A DNA stretch of 64,000 nucleotides from an uncultured Nitrospiraceae bacterium. Lineage in GTDB: Bacteria > Nitrospirota > Thermodesulfovibrionia > Thermodesulfovibrionales > UBA6898. Location: NCBI GenBank assembly GCA_963811165.1, contig CAWEQH010000010.1:576001-640000 (forward strand). The letters are read 5' to 3'. Numbering within the stretch: the first letter of the stretch is position 1; each line of letters opens with the position of its first letter. The position numbers and the translations under genes were made by a program. The notes beneath the pieces were generated by a model. The model worked only from the letters and a program-made list of their open reading frames with translations. It did not search any database and was not told where the DNA came from. Below, in pieces: positions 29,013 through 37,712 of the stretch.

Positions 29013-29137
29013 CAGCAGGGAATTATACCATTTTTTATGCGTGCCCAAAGGGATAGATACCCGGTAAAAATAACGGTTGAGAACTGCGCCCGGATAGAGG
29101 ACAATTGAACCATACCATTTTACGGGGGATTTCACTT

Positions 29138-29518
29138 ATGACGCTTAAGTACTTATTTTTCGGCCAGTACCTTCATAAGAAAGGGCTCATAACCATTGAA
29201 CAGATCTTTCAGGCAAGGATGCTGCAGAAGAAAACCAACCTGAAGATCGGAGAACTTGCCGTAAATAAGGGCTGGCTCACCGCCGATGACATCGAAAAAA
29301 TCCTCATCGTTCAGGAAGAGACCTTAGAGAAATTCGGAGAGGTAGCAGTCAAGACCGGTCATCTGAGTGAAACACAAGTCGAAGATCTCCTTGCAGACCA
29401 AAAGGAAAAATACGTTTCTTTTGGGGAAGCGCTCGTCGAACTCGGCCTTATTACCGAAAAGCTGCTTATCGAGAACATAAAGGAATTCAACACCTTGCGG
29501 GCAAAAAATTTCATCTAG
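29138..29518 (+). CDS. Stand-alone protein of tandem MshEN-like repeats
   Basis: Four repeats of (F/I)Gxx(L/A)xxxG(L/W/H)(I/L)..., three ending in Q. Confidence 0.55.
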   Translation: MTLKYLFFGQYLHKKGLITIEQIFQARMLQKKTNLKIGELAVNKGWLTADDIEKILIVQEETLEKFGEVAVKTGHLSETQVEDLLADQKEKYVSFGEALVELGLITEKLLIENIKEFNTLRAKNFI

Positions 29519-29526
29519 GCGGATTA

Positions 29527-30498
29527 TTATCTGACAAAAAATAATGTTTTTGCAGCGAAAAGAACATCACTGACCTCTACGGCATTTAGACAACGGACGT
29601 CCGAACACTGTCGACGGTCCCTGTCGGAGCAAGGAACGCATGGATAATCCGGCATAACAATCTTCACATGCCTTCCCACAGGCCCCCAAATCTTCGGGTC
29701 GGTAGGGCCGAAGACCGCTATCGTCGGCGTTCCAAGCACCGAAGCCAGATGCGTGATCCCTGAATCATTGCCTATATGAAGGGACGATGCCTTCAGGAGC
29801 GTAGCGATATACGAAACCGGCCTGCCCTCGATAATCACGGCATCCAAGTTATTGGCGGAAATGAACCGATCGGTCGTTTCGTGCAGTTCACGGCCTTCGG
29901 CAGGGCCGAGTATGCAGTAAAAATAAAACCTCTTTTCCTTATCAAGCAATTTCATCAATTCCAGAAACTTCTCTAAAGGCCAGCACTTCTTTTTTCCGCC
30001 ACTTCCCGGGTGGATTGTTATGACCGGCTTTTCACCATGAACACCCGAAAGAAAGGGACTTGCCTTAAGAAGCGGCATTTCTTTTCCATACGTCCCTGAT
30101 TGCGTTAGTTGTTTCATCTGTGAAGCCGATACATGCATCACCCGACCGACCGGCGCGGCTGTCGAGATAAAAAAACATTCCCGGATATGTTTCCCGAGAT
30201 TTTCCGCAAAAACCTCATCCGTCTTCTTCATGAAGATAAAGGCGTTACTGAATTTTTCGAGAAAGTCCGCAGCCCGGGGCGATACAGGACCACTGACGAA
30301 GAAATCGGCGAAGAGTCCATGATCGATGGAGGATACTTCATCGGCCAACCGGTTTTCAATGAGGATATCGGCTATGTCCGTCCTCGATATGAGATGAAGG
30401 TAGGCTGCCCTTCCGCCCGCTTTGAGAGCCTTGAGGACAGGCAGCGACAGAATGAGGTCGCCGAGTGCACCCTGGTGCCAAACGAGGGAACGTGTCAT
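29527..30498 (-). CDS. Glycosyltransferase family 9 (heptosyltransferase-like)
   Basis: GALGDLILSLP, HPGSGGKKKCWP, GNDSGITHLA..LGTPTIAVFGPT. Confidence 0.88.
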   Translation of the reverse strand: MTRSLVWHQGALGDLILSLPVLKALKAGGRAAYLHLISRTDIADILIENRLADEVSSIDHGLFADFFVSGPVSPRAADFLEKFSNAFIFMKKTDEVFAENLGKHIRECFFISTAAPVGRVMHVSASQMKQLTQSGTYGKEMPLLKASPFLSGVHGEKPVITIHPGSGGKKKCWPLEKFLELMKLLDKEKRFYFYCILGPAEGRELHETTDRFISANNLDAVIIEGRPVSYIATLLKASSLHIGNDSGITHLASVLGTPTIAVFGPTDPKIWGPVGRHVKIVMPDYPCVPCSDRDRRQCSDVRCLNAVEVSDVLFAAKTLFFVR

Positions 30499-30530
30499 GG
30501 CGGGCTGTTCCTTTAGGCCGGACAAAAAAA

Positions 30531-31520
30531 TTATAGTATTTCGAGCATCCTGTCGAGGGCCCTCTTCGCAGGAACTCTGATATGCTCCGGGACCTTGACT
30601 AAGTAAGTATTTTCCTGAAAAGCCCTCAGGACACTCTTTAAGGTAGTTTTTTTCATGTTAGGACATATCATGTCCTTCCTGATAGGATAAAACAATTTTT
30701 CAGGGTTTTCCTTCCTCAACCTGTGCATAAGCCCTATCTCGGTCCCAACGATAAATTCACCCGCGGGGGAAGCCTTCGCGAACCTGAGCATCCCGGAGGT
30801 ACTTGTGACATGGTCCGCTTTTTCAAGAACTTCTATCCGGCATTCGGGATGTGCCATGATAAGCGCCTTGGGATATGCGGCCCTGGCCATATCCACGTCG
30901 TTCGGAGTTACCCTTTCGTGCACATTACAGTAGCCGTCCCATGCGATCACCCTCTTTTTCGTGTTTTTTTGCGCCCATACCGAAAGGTTCTTGTCCGGTA
31001 TGCAGATGACCTCGTCGCCGGGAAGGGACTCCACCACCCTGACGACGTTTGCAGACGTGCAGCATATATCGCTTTCGGCCTTTATGTCGGCGGTAGTATT
31101 TACGTAGGCTACGACCGGGACGCCCGGATATTTCTTTTTTATGTCCCGCAGGGAAAATTCCGGAGGATACACGTAGGGAGGCGGGTTGTCAAAACCCGGG
31201 AAGCCCTTTCTCACAGGCCTCGGCGAATCCACATGGATCATGTCCGCCATGGGACAGAGCGCAGCACGCTCCGGCAGCAGCACCACCTTGTCCGGTGATA
31301 GGATGGAAGCGCTTTCTGCCATGAAGTTGACCCCGCAAAAAACGATCATGCCGCAGTCGATCGTCGCCGCCGTTTTAGAAAGCTCCAGCGAATCGCCGAC
31401 AAAATCGGCAATGTCCTGCACCTCTTCCCTCTGGTAATTATGCGCGAGGATGATCGCGCGTTTCTCTTCCTTTAGCTTCAGAATCTGTTCCTGAAGAGCC
31501 GACATATCCGGAGACATCAA
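30531..31520 (-). CDS. nadA: Quinolinate synthase
   Basis: ILAHNYQ, FCGVNFMAE, YVNT...KAESDICCTSAN, AHPEC, CPNMK. Confidence 0.95.
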   Translation of the reverse strand: MMSPDMSALQEQILKLKEEKRAIILAHNYQREEVQDIADFVGDSLELSKTAATIDCGMIVFCGVNFMAESASILSPDKVVLLPERAALCPMADMIHVDSPRPVRKGFPGFDNPPPYVYPPEFSLRDIKKKYPGVPVVAYVNTTADIKAESDICCTSANVVRVVESLPGDEVICIPDKNLSVWAQKNTKKRVIAWDGYCNVHERVTPNDVDMARAAYPKALIMAHPECRIEVLEKADHVTSTSGMLRFAKASPAGEFIVGTEIGLMHRLRKENPEKLFYPIRKDMICPNMKKTTLKSVLRAFQENTYLVKVPEHIRVPAKRALDRMLEIL

Positions 31521-32257
31521 AATCTGGCTTTGCCTGTTTTCGTAAAGGATGAATTTGTGAAAAGGACGGTACCGTCGTCGAGGACGACTTTATAGATCCG
31601 TACCGGTTCGGGGACCGCGCTCGCCTGTTTAGTGGAGTCCGAAAAACTATAGCTGCCTTTCCCCTTGAAAAGAGAAATAATCTTTTTCACGTACTGCCTC
31701 GTCTCGGAGATCGGCGGGACGTTGCCGTATTTCTCGACGGTCTTTGGCCCGGCATTATATGCGGCAAGTGCGAGGGTGAGGTCCCCGTTAAACTTTTCGA
31801 GCAGCTGTTTGAGATATTTTGTGCCACCCTCGATGTTTTCTTCGGGGTTAAAGGGGTTTACCACGTTCATGTCATACGCAGTGGAAGGCATAAGCTGCAT
31901 AAGTCCCATTGCGCCCTTCTTCGATACGGCGCGGTGGTTCCCGTTAGACTCCGTCTTGATTACCGCATGGATCAGGTCCGGTTCGATCTCGTACTTCGCG
32001 GCGGCCCGCTGCACATAGCCGCTGTAATCCTGGCTCGTCACAGAAGAAGTCGCACCGTCGTCGGCCTTCACCGGTTTAGCGGCAGCCTTTTGCTCCTTGA
32101 TAATCCTTACTGTCTTTTTGCTCACGGGGGCGTCGGTATAACAGGCGACACCATTTTCATCGACGTATTTATACACATCTGAAGAAGCCGGAACGGCGTA
32201 AAAAACTAACAAAAAAGCCGATACGGTAATTATCGCACGCATAAAAAATCTTAACAT
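31517..32257 (-). CDS. Lytic transglycosylase (DUF4124 + SLT domain)
   Basis: YKYVDENG..YTD, AVIKTESNG...AVSKKGAMGLMQLMP, ALAAYNAGP, ETRQYV. Confidence 0.9.
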   Translation of the reverse strand: MLRFFMRAIITVSAFLLVFYAVPASSDVYKYVDENGVACYTDAPVSKKTVRIIKEQKAAAKPVKADDGATSSVTSQDYSGYVQRAAAKYEIEPDLIHAVIKTESNGNHRAVSKKGAMGLMQLMPSTAYDMNVVNPFNPEENIEGGTKYLKQLLEKFNGDLTLALAAYNAGPKTVEKYGNVPPISETRQYVKKIISLFKGKGSYSFSDSTKQASAVPEPVRIYKVVLDDGTVLFTNSSFTKTGKARF

Positions 32258-32342
32258 TTAAAGCCCCAAGTGTCAATATTATTGGCCAAATATGCCGCAA
32301 ATATTGACAAAAAGAGCCTAATTATAGTATAAAAGTATCTTC

Positions 32343-32418
32343 GGGCGGATAGCTCAGCTGGGAGAGCACAGCCCTTACAAGGCTGGGGTCACAGGTTCGA
32401 TCCCTGTTCCGCCTACCA
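32343..32418 (+). tRNA. tRNA-Val(TAC)
   Basis: 76-nt cloverleaf, CAGCC-CT-TAC-AA-GGCTG anticodon arm, CCA end; TTGACA at 32304. Confidence 0.97.
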
Positions 32419-32495
32419 TTTCATTTTGGTGACAAAAAATGGAATGGAGAGATGATTCGGATCTCTTCAATTGCAGAGTTTTTCAGAAGTTCGCG

Positions 32496-32572
<77 letters not shown>

Positions 32573-33022
32573 TTTCGTGTCACTTATCGGGAAACAATAA
32601 AGTTCTTAATTTTTGAAGTCAGAAGACTTTTTGGCAAACAACAAAATTTTCGTTAAAATCGTAGTTTCTAATATGTGGAACTGTCCCGACTAAGTTCCTA
32701 CATTGCTGCACAAAATAATTCTGACTTTTTAGTTTTCTTGCCTACCATATTACTCACAGTACGCCGCAAAAGTCGCGAGTTCTTATAACTGAGTCTTACG
32801 CGCCGAATTATGCCAGCCCTGTCGACACCGATGTCGTGACCACGTTAGATCAGCCAGCAATGGGTCCCATTTTATCGGCGTGAAATACTGGTCGTAACAT
32901 GCTGTCAAAGAGATCCGACGAAGTAACGGAGCATTTGATGTAGGATTTTGTACGGGTTCCACCGACTTAATCACAAGTATCAGGCGCTGCAACTACTGAG
33001 GGTTAACGAAAGAAACTGCCAG

Positions 33023-33113
33023 GCTCAACGCTGGCCATGAGGCGCCGGACCACAGACCTTTGTGCAAAAAGATCCAGCGTTATTCCCGGGCTGCCTCGAT
33101 GCCATTGATGAGT
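33023..33113 (-). repeat. attC site (degenerate R'')
   Basis: Minus strand: ACTCATC-aatg-GCATCGAGGC...GCCTCATGGC-cagc-GTTGAGC. Confidence 0.65.
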
Positions 33114-33119
33114 TGCTTT

Positions 33120-33535
33120 TTAAATGACATCTGTATACCGAAAATCATTAAAATCCAGGTCTGTTTTTCCGAGTAAATCTTTACGCATGGCTAAAACGAT
33201 CTCGCCAACAGCCTTGCGTCCTGCCTCCGGATTCGGCTGCTGTCCCCGAGATTCGATAACATGGACAATCATCCTATTTATGGCTCTTACGACATCATCG
33301 GAACAATAAAGCCACAATTTATATTGTTCTCCAAAAAATTGTCTTTTTCTTTCAGCAGAAGTTGTGCTGCCGACAAAGCCTCGCAAGAGGATCAAAAGAT
33401 TTGAATACTTTTCTTCTTTAAATTTTAGAATTGCTTCCTTTCGTTTTGATTGGATAGCGAAGTAATAAGCAAGGTAAGAGCTTGCCAATCCCGAAAGACC
33501 GGCCCAATGAAAAGGAATATGTCTTTAATATTCAT
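33120..33535 (-). pseudogene. Cassette gene (N-terminal TM hypothetical) with a 1-nt frameshift
   Basis: GAGGAG RBS and ATG at 33535 give MNIKDIFLFIGPV; the frame shifts near 33497 into SGLASSYLAYYF... (span 416 nt, not a multiple of 3). Confidence 0.6.
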
Positions 33536-33544
33536 ATTTTCTCC

Positions 33545-33615
33545 TCACAACGACCTGCATAAGGGGCTGACAGCACGTACAGTGCTGGCAGTATCTCTTA
33601 ATGCAATTGTTCTAC
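33545..33615 (-). repeat. attC site
   Basis: Minus strand: GTAGAAC-aat-TGCATTAAG...AGCACTGTACGTGCT...CTTATGCA-ggtc-GTTGTGA, with one extra base in L''. Confidence 0.75.
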
Positions 33616-33630
33616 CCTTCTATCTGCTAT

Positions 33631-33774
33631 TTATTTCAGCTTTTTCTTGCATAATGGGCATGTATCACGCCAATTGCCGTGGCAGCTTGAGCAAATGAAA
33701 TGGCCCTTTTCGCAGGTTTTAGCCCTATCTACTTGTTTCTTTTTTCCACAAGCATCGCATACGCGTTCTGACAT
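33631..33774 (-). CDS. 47-aa C3HC4 RING-finger protein
   Basis: AAGGAGGT RBS; MSERVCDACGKKKQVDRAKTCEKGHFICSSCHGNWRDTCPLCKKKLK = Cx2Cx11Cx3Hx2Cx2Cx7Cx2C. Confidence 0.75.
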   Translation of the reverse strand: MSERVCDACGKKKQVDRAKTCEKGHFICSSCHGNWRDTCPLCKKKLK

Positions 33775-33790
33775 TTTTACTACCTCCTTT

Positions 33791-34492
33791 TTATTTAGTT
33801 GATGATTGAGCAGGGTACAAATAGCTCAGAATATTTATTAGTGGCTTAAGAAAGAGAAAACGTGTCAAAGTCTTCAATACAATTGACTTTGAGATAGCCC
33901 TTGCTATCGGTGGGGATATCATATAATAGGCATTAATAAATGTGCGCCCAGGTTTAGACATACTAAGGACAGAATTACGATACTGTTGCAAATATAATAC
34001 TTCAGGAGCCATTGATGTCCCAAATGCGGCTGTTGCGATAAAGCAACCGCCAGACTTTGTGTCCTTTTTCTCAACGTGACTTAGTTTTGAGCCATCTTCA
34101 TTAATCTGGCTTAGTTGCGAACTTACTTCCGCAATTAAGCGTTTTGGTTCTTCTTCTGTCGGCTTCTGTTTTTCTGCGCGTTTAAAGAAAGCAACAGCCT
34201 CGCTGTATTCAACCCTCGCTTTTTCATTATTCCCTTTCATTTTAGCCATTTCGCCTTGCATTCTGTGCACATGTCCTTCTGTGAGAAGCTCCGTATAGTA
34301 AGAATCCCAAATATCTTCTCCGTCATTATCTTTTGGCATTGCACAACTCTCTAATTTGCCGATTTGCCTACGAATTTGGTCGATAGAATACATACATCTA
34401 CAATTTGGACAGTACTCATATCCTTGAATTTCCGGGACGTCAAATTCTTTACCACAATGGCACTTTGCGGGTACTGACGAAGTGTTGGTCAT
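33791..34492 (-). CDS. Zn-ribbon + TPR-like + CFI-box-CTERM protein (cassette)
   Basis: CHCG...CPNC at the N-terminus; helical TPR-like middle; GGCFIATAAFG...APEV..L..YR..VL...GRTFINAYY.ISPPIA. Confidence 0.75.
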   Translation of the reverse strand: MTNTSSVPAKCHCGKEFDVPEIQGYEYCPNCRCMYSIDQIRRQIGKLESCAMPKDNDGEDIWDSYYTELLTEGHVHRMQGEMAKMKGNNEKARVEYSEAVAFFKRAEKQKPTEEEPKRLIAEVSSQLSQINEDGSKLSHVEKKDTKSGGCFIATAAFGTSMAPEVLYLQQYRNSVLSMSKPGRTFINAYYMISPPIARAISKSIVLKTLTRFLFLKPLINILSYLYPAQSSTK

Positions 34493-34537
34493 TTTATCCT
34501 CCTCTGAGTAAGATTGTTAAATGCTTTACTCGCTCTT

Positions 34538-34627
34538 TTATAACGAGATGGCTCACTTGCCGGGGCAACCAACCTTTGCTGCAAACCGCAGAGGCTATTC
34601 CCGGTCAAGTGGAGCCGGTTGTTAAGG
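34538..34627 (-). repeat. attC site
   Basis: Minus strand: CCTTAAC (contains the upstream gene's stop)-aacc-GGCTCCACTTG...CAAGTGAGCC-atctc-GTTATAA, with an extra C in L''. Confidence 0.85.
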
Positions 34628-35224
34628 CATTTCTCTATTCAGTAATTTCATCTTATCAAGCATTTTGATAGATAATTTTTTTTTGTTTGCCAAAAGCGCA
34701 ATTTGCAGGGCTGAAAGCATAGCGAGAGCATTTCCAGTATTAAGTAGCTCCACTATTTCGTCGTCTGTATAATTTGGTTCGAGGGTTTCGGCCTTAATTC
34801 TGCGGACAGCCTGCAAATATCCGCTATGAGTAAAGCTATTCATAGCAGCGTAGTTTTCCTTTTTTGCAGAAGAAAGTATTCCTTCTTCGAATCCTTTACA
34901 GCTTTCGATTTCCGTAATTAATGCTCCAAAGCTCTTCTCTAATTTATCTTGTTTGTATCTTGATATTTCTGTGTCAGTCGCGCACAGCTGCAGCCAAACG
35001 CCTCGGACGTAAGATTCAAACTCCAGCCGAATGAGGGAAAACGCGGATCCAAATAATTTATTGGCTATGAGAAGCAATATTGCTTTTTGATGTTCAAGTG
35101 CCACGAGCAAACAGGCAACTGCAAGTCGTCGTCTTTCATCAGATGGAACTGCAAGACCATCAAGTTCCTCGTCAAGCCACTGAATTAGCGTTTCGGAATT
35201 ATTAATAATTTCGGTTATATTCAT
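34622..35224 (-). CDS. Cassette hypothetical protein (DUF6988/DUF5677-like, all-alpha)
   Basis: ALEHQKAI..L......GSAFSLIR..FESYVRGVW...MNSFTHSG. Confidence 0.55.
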   Translation of the reverse strand: MNITEIINNSETLIQWLDEELDGLAVPSDERRRLAVACLLVALEHQKAILLLIANKLFGSAFSLIRLEFESYVRGVWLQLCATDTEISRYKQDKLEKSFGALITEIESCKGFEEGILSSAKKENYAAMNSFTHSGYLQAVRRIKAETLEPNYTDDEIVELLNTGNALAMLSALQIALLANKKKLSIKMLDKMKLLNREMP

Positions 35225-35228
35225 TTGG

Positions 35229-35319
35229 CGTTAACGGGTGAATAAGTAGCGGGGGGCACCAACCATGAATGAAAAAAGGAAGAGGCCAATCCCCCGTCTG
35301 CTTGATGCTTTTGTTAGGA
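35229..35319 (-). repeat. attC site
   Basis: Minus strand: TCCTAAC-aaaa-GCATCAAGCAG-ACGGGGG...CCCCCG-CTACTTATTC-accc-GTTAACG, then the ATG of the next cassette. Confidence 0.8.
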
Positions 35320-35333
35320 GATTTTTCATGTCT

Positions 35334-35789
35334 CTATTTAATGTAATAAAATACGATTTTCGGACAACCGTTAGGACAAACCAAGCTGACATTTCTTTGA
35401 GGCTCTATGGATTGTTGAAGGGTGGATCTGATATTTTTGTTGTCGAAGCAATTGCAACAAAGCTTATGTGCTTTTTCAGCCATACCCACATAATTCTTCT
35501 CTATATACGCAAAAACACCATTCCCAATTTCACGCCGTTCATAGTTTGCTTTTTCTGTACTCCAGTCTTTAAGGCGCATACATTCTTTTTCAAGTTCCTG
35601 TATTTTCGTCGTCAAAGAAGAATGTTCATTTTGTGCAGAGATAATCAGGCTGTTTGCTTGGATAATGTGGCCTTGAAGTTGTGCGATCTCGCCAGCATGC
35701 TTAGTAAAATCGCGGAGGTTGAGAAAAGATGATAATACACTTGTTGCGGCGTTTAAACTGGAAAGGGCTTGTGGTAGATATTCAATCAT
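35334..35789 (-). CDS. Cassette hypothetical protein (coiled coil + C-terminal Zn ribbon)
   Basis: GGAGG RBS; KIQELEKE...W..EK.NY...LCCNCFD...CPNGC. Confidence 0.7.
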   Translation of the reverse strand: MIEYLPQALSSLNAATSVLSSFLNLRDFTKHAGEIAQLQGHIIQANSLIISAQNEHSSLTTKIQELEKECMRLKDWSTEKANYERREIGNGVFAYIEKNYVGMAEKAHKLCCNCFDNKNIRSTLQQSIEPQRNVSLVCPNGCPKIVFYYIK

Positions 35790-35846
35790 AATTTATTCCC
35801 TCCTTTTGGGAAATAGAAAGGTTGCTGGTATGAATAATTTACTGAC

Positions 35847-35865
35847 TCCTAACATGTAATATGCC
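35847..35865 (-). other. attI-like simple site 3
   Basis: Minus strand GGCATAT-TACAT-GTTAGGA; GTTAGGA is the exact complement of this cassette's R'' TCCTAAC. Confidence 0.55.
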
Positions 35866-36214
35866 AAGTTGGTTTTTTGTGATCCCTTGCAGGATGATAG
35901 CATATTCATTACCTCTTGTGAAGAAAAAAAGTCTATAGATCAGTAAGTGAATAATTTACTACTTGGCATTTACTGTTAATATGGACTAAAAGCCAACTTG
36001 GTAAAATCCGGTATTGTTCTTATCGTCGATTTCCGAGAGCAACTGAGAGGAGTTGAAGCAAGCGCTCAGATGCGATGTACAGGAAGAAATCGCACCCCCT
36101 TATAGTTTAACTAGGTGGGTGCAAAATGCAAAGGGCTTTGTTTAATATATACATATCTCACCGGGGTAATGTTGTTTTGTTCTTAAAGGCGGCGAGGTTT
36201 ACTTATTAATGTTT

Positions 36215-36553
36215 TCAGACACCATCGGATTTTGTTTCGATTGCGGTAAGATTTTTTGCATATTGAAGCATCTGTTCGAGTTCCTTGTGGGTAAGACCCT
36301 CAGCCTGAATGACCTTATCGTCTTTAGTTGTTATGATGACTTTTCGGCCATGACTAACTTTAAGGTATGCAATGATGACTGATGCGAGACCGCCCCACAT
36401 GGCGGCAGATTGCAATATTTCAATAACCCCGGAGGATGCCATCGGTACGCCAGCACGTTGTTCTCGCATAGTGTAGGGCACTTGTTTTTCGTTGAGCAGC
36501 GCGAGAAAAGGACCGAAGCCATCCTTGAAGAGATGAACAGGTAATGATTTCAT
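36215..36553 (-). CDS. Cassette hypothetical protein (EACC1-like)
   Basis: AAGGAG RBS; central hydrophobic helix followed by RKVIITTKDDKVIQAEG. Confidence 0.5.
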   Translation of the reverse strand: MKSLPVHLFKDGFGPFLALLNEKQVPYTMREQRAGVPMASSGVIEILQSAAMWGGLASVIIAYLKVSHGRKVIITTKDDKVIQAEGLTHKELEQMLQYAKNLTAIETKSDGV

Positions 36554-36561
36554 TTGCGCTC

Positions 36562-36580
36562 CTTTAACCAGTAATTAGAC
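36562..36580 (-). other. attI-like simple site 2
   Basis: Minus strand GTCTAAT-TACTG-GTTAAAG (L box, 5 nt, GTT core), the same geometry as attI1 CCCTAAA-ACAAA-GTTAGGC. Confidence 0.6.
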
Positions 36581-36627
36581 CGTTAATAGTACTAACACCG
36601 GTAATCCGATGTTAGTCAACCAGTTAC

Positions 36628-36673
36628 CAGCCGGAAGCCGCCCGGAGCAGTTCGCTGCAGCGCATGGTTAGAC
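36628..36673 (-). repeat. Truncated attC (R''-L'' half only)
   Basis: Minus strand GTCTAAC-catgc-GCTGCAGCGAAC with no L' partner; fused to attI-like site 2. Confidence 0.6.
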
Positions 36674-37342
36674 GTTTCTAATCGCTTCATCGAGAACTGC
36701 CTTCCAGTAAAGTTCTGAAATGATAATAGGCTTGCGACGCTGAAGCTTGAGAATCATCGCGTCGGAAATCTTGTTGCCATAACTACCATGCGCCCAATTC
36801 GGATTTGGGTCGTTGCCGATAACTAGGACGTCGGTCTTGTTGGTGATGTTGTCAGTTGTGGTGCCTCCCCGCGACGTGACAGCCACCTGACATTCCTTGC
36901 GTGTTCCGAACTCGAACTGGCCAGTGAAGCAAAACGTTGTGCCTGCAATGGCAACTTCCGGCAAAGGGTCGTCGAATGGCGAACCGTCCTTGAGAACATT
37001 CTCGATTACCTGCTCAAGTGCCTTGCGAGTCTTGGAGGGGGTGATTGGGCCTCGCTTAGGGTGCCAGTCGGCGGGGATCTCCGTGCGAGCAAGAACGGCT
37101 TTATCATGAGGGAGGAGGTCTGTGGAAACGTGCTCCTCGTCGCCAGTCGTATAAACATATGCTGTCCAGAGATGCTTGTTGGTGGGGTCGGAAAAAAGTC
37201 TGCCAATCATGCCGGAACAAAAGCCCTTAGTTAGTGGGCGACTAATGTCGATATCGAAAAAACGCAGCACCTTGAGTTGGCCGAATGTGGCAGGGTCGAA
37301 GTGCCAAGCTGGGTGGACTGATTTTAGTTGGTATGTTCTCAT
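36668..37342 (-). CDS. BRCT-domain cassette protein
   Basis: FCFTGQFEFGTRKEC...V.SRGG...ITNKTDVLVIG...W.HGSYGNKI..A...IISE.YW. Confidence 0.75.
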   Translation of the reverse strand: MRTYQLKSVHPAWHFDPATFGQLKVLRFFDIDISRPLTKGFCSGMIGRLFSDPTNKHLWTAYVYTTGDEEHVSTDLLPHDKAVLARTEIPADWHPKRGPITPSKTRKALEQVIENVLKDGSPFDDPLPEVAIAGTTFCFTGQFEFGTRKECQVAVTSRGGTTTDNITNKTDVLVIGNDPNPNWAHGSYGNKISDAMILKLQRRKPIIISELYWKAVLDEAIRNV

Positions 37343-37357
37343 TGTGCGCTAGGAAAC

Positions 37358-37376
37358 GACTACCCCGTTATTAGAC
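37358..37376 (-). other. attI-like simple site 1 (core GTT changed to GGT) at the head of the array
   Basis: Minus strand GTCTAAT-AACGG-GGTAGTC; GGTAGTCGTTTC matches the complement of the cassette end (GTTAGACGTTTC) at 10/12. Confidence 0.6.
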
Positions 37377-37712
37377 GGAAACCGCCCCGATAATATCGAA
37401 ATTTGCATATTCGTCAGATCAAGCTCGACTTTCCCCATAGTTGATTACTTGTAATAACTTACACCATTTTGAAGATTTTGAAAAGCGAGGATTTCAGGAA
37501 GGAAGGTTGCGCCTGGTCTCCCTTCTTTAGCCCTCGGCGTGCTTCGCCCCGAACTCTAAACGGTTTTTTTGTCAGATCCAGCGAATGACAGGTATGCCGA
37601 ATCGAAACTATTGCGGATTTACGGAAGCAATGCGGAGTAATGAGGATAAATGAGGCGCAGGGGCAACCAGACATCATTGAAGAAAACCACAGGGGTTAGG
37701 GATATTTAGCTA

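Larger units (their letters stand above)
33023..37376 (-). mobile_element. Integron cassette array with no integrase in the window (CALIN-like)
   Basis: Co-oriented, unrelated, mostly AT-rich genes separated by attC hairpins and attI-like sites; cassette start heptamers complement their end heptamers. Confidence 0.85.

Noticed and set aside
37377..37712. Integron integrase remnant beside the head attI-like site
   Set aside because: No recognisable tyrosine recombinase motifs in the frames I could read.
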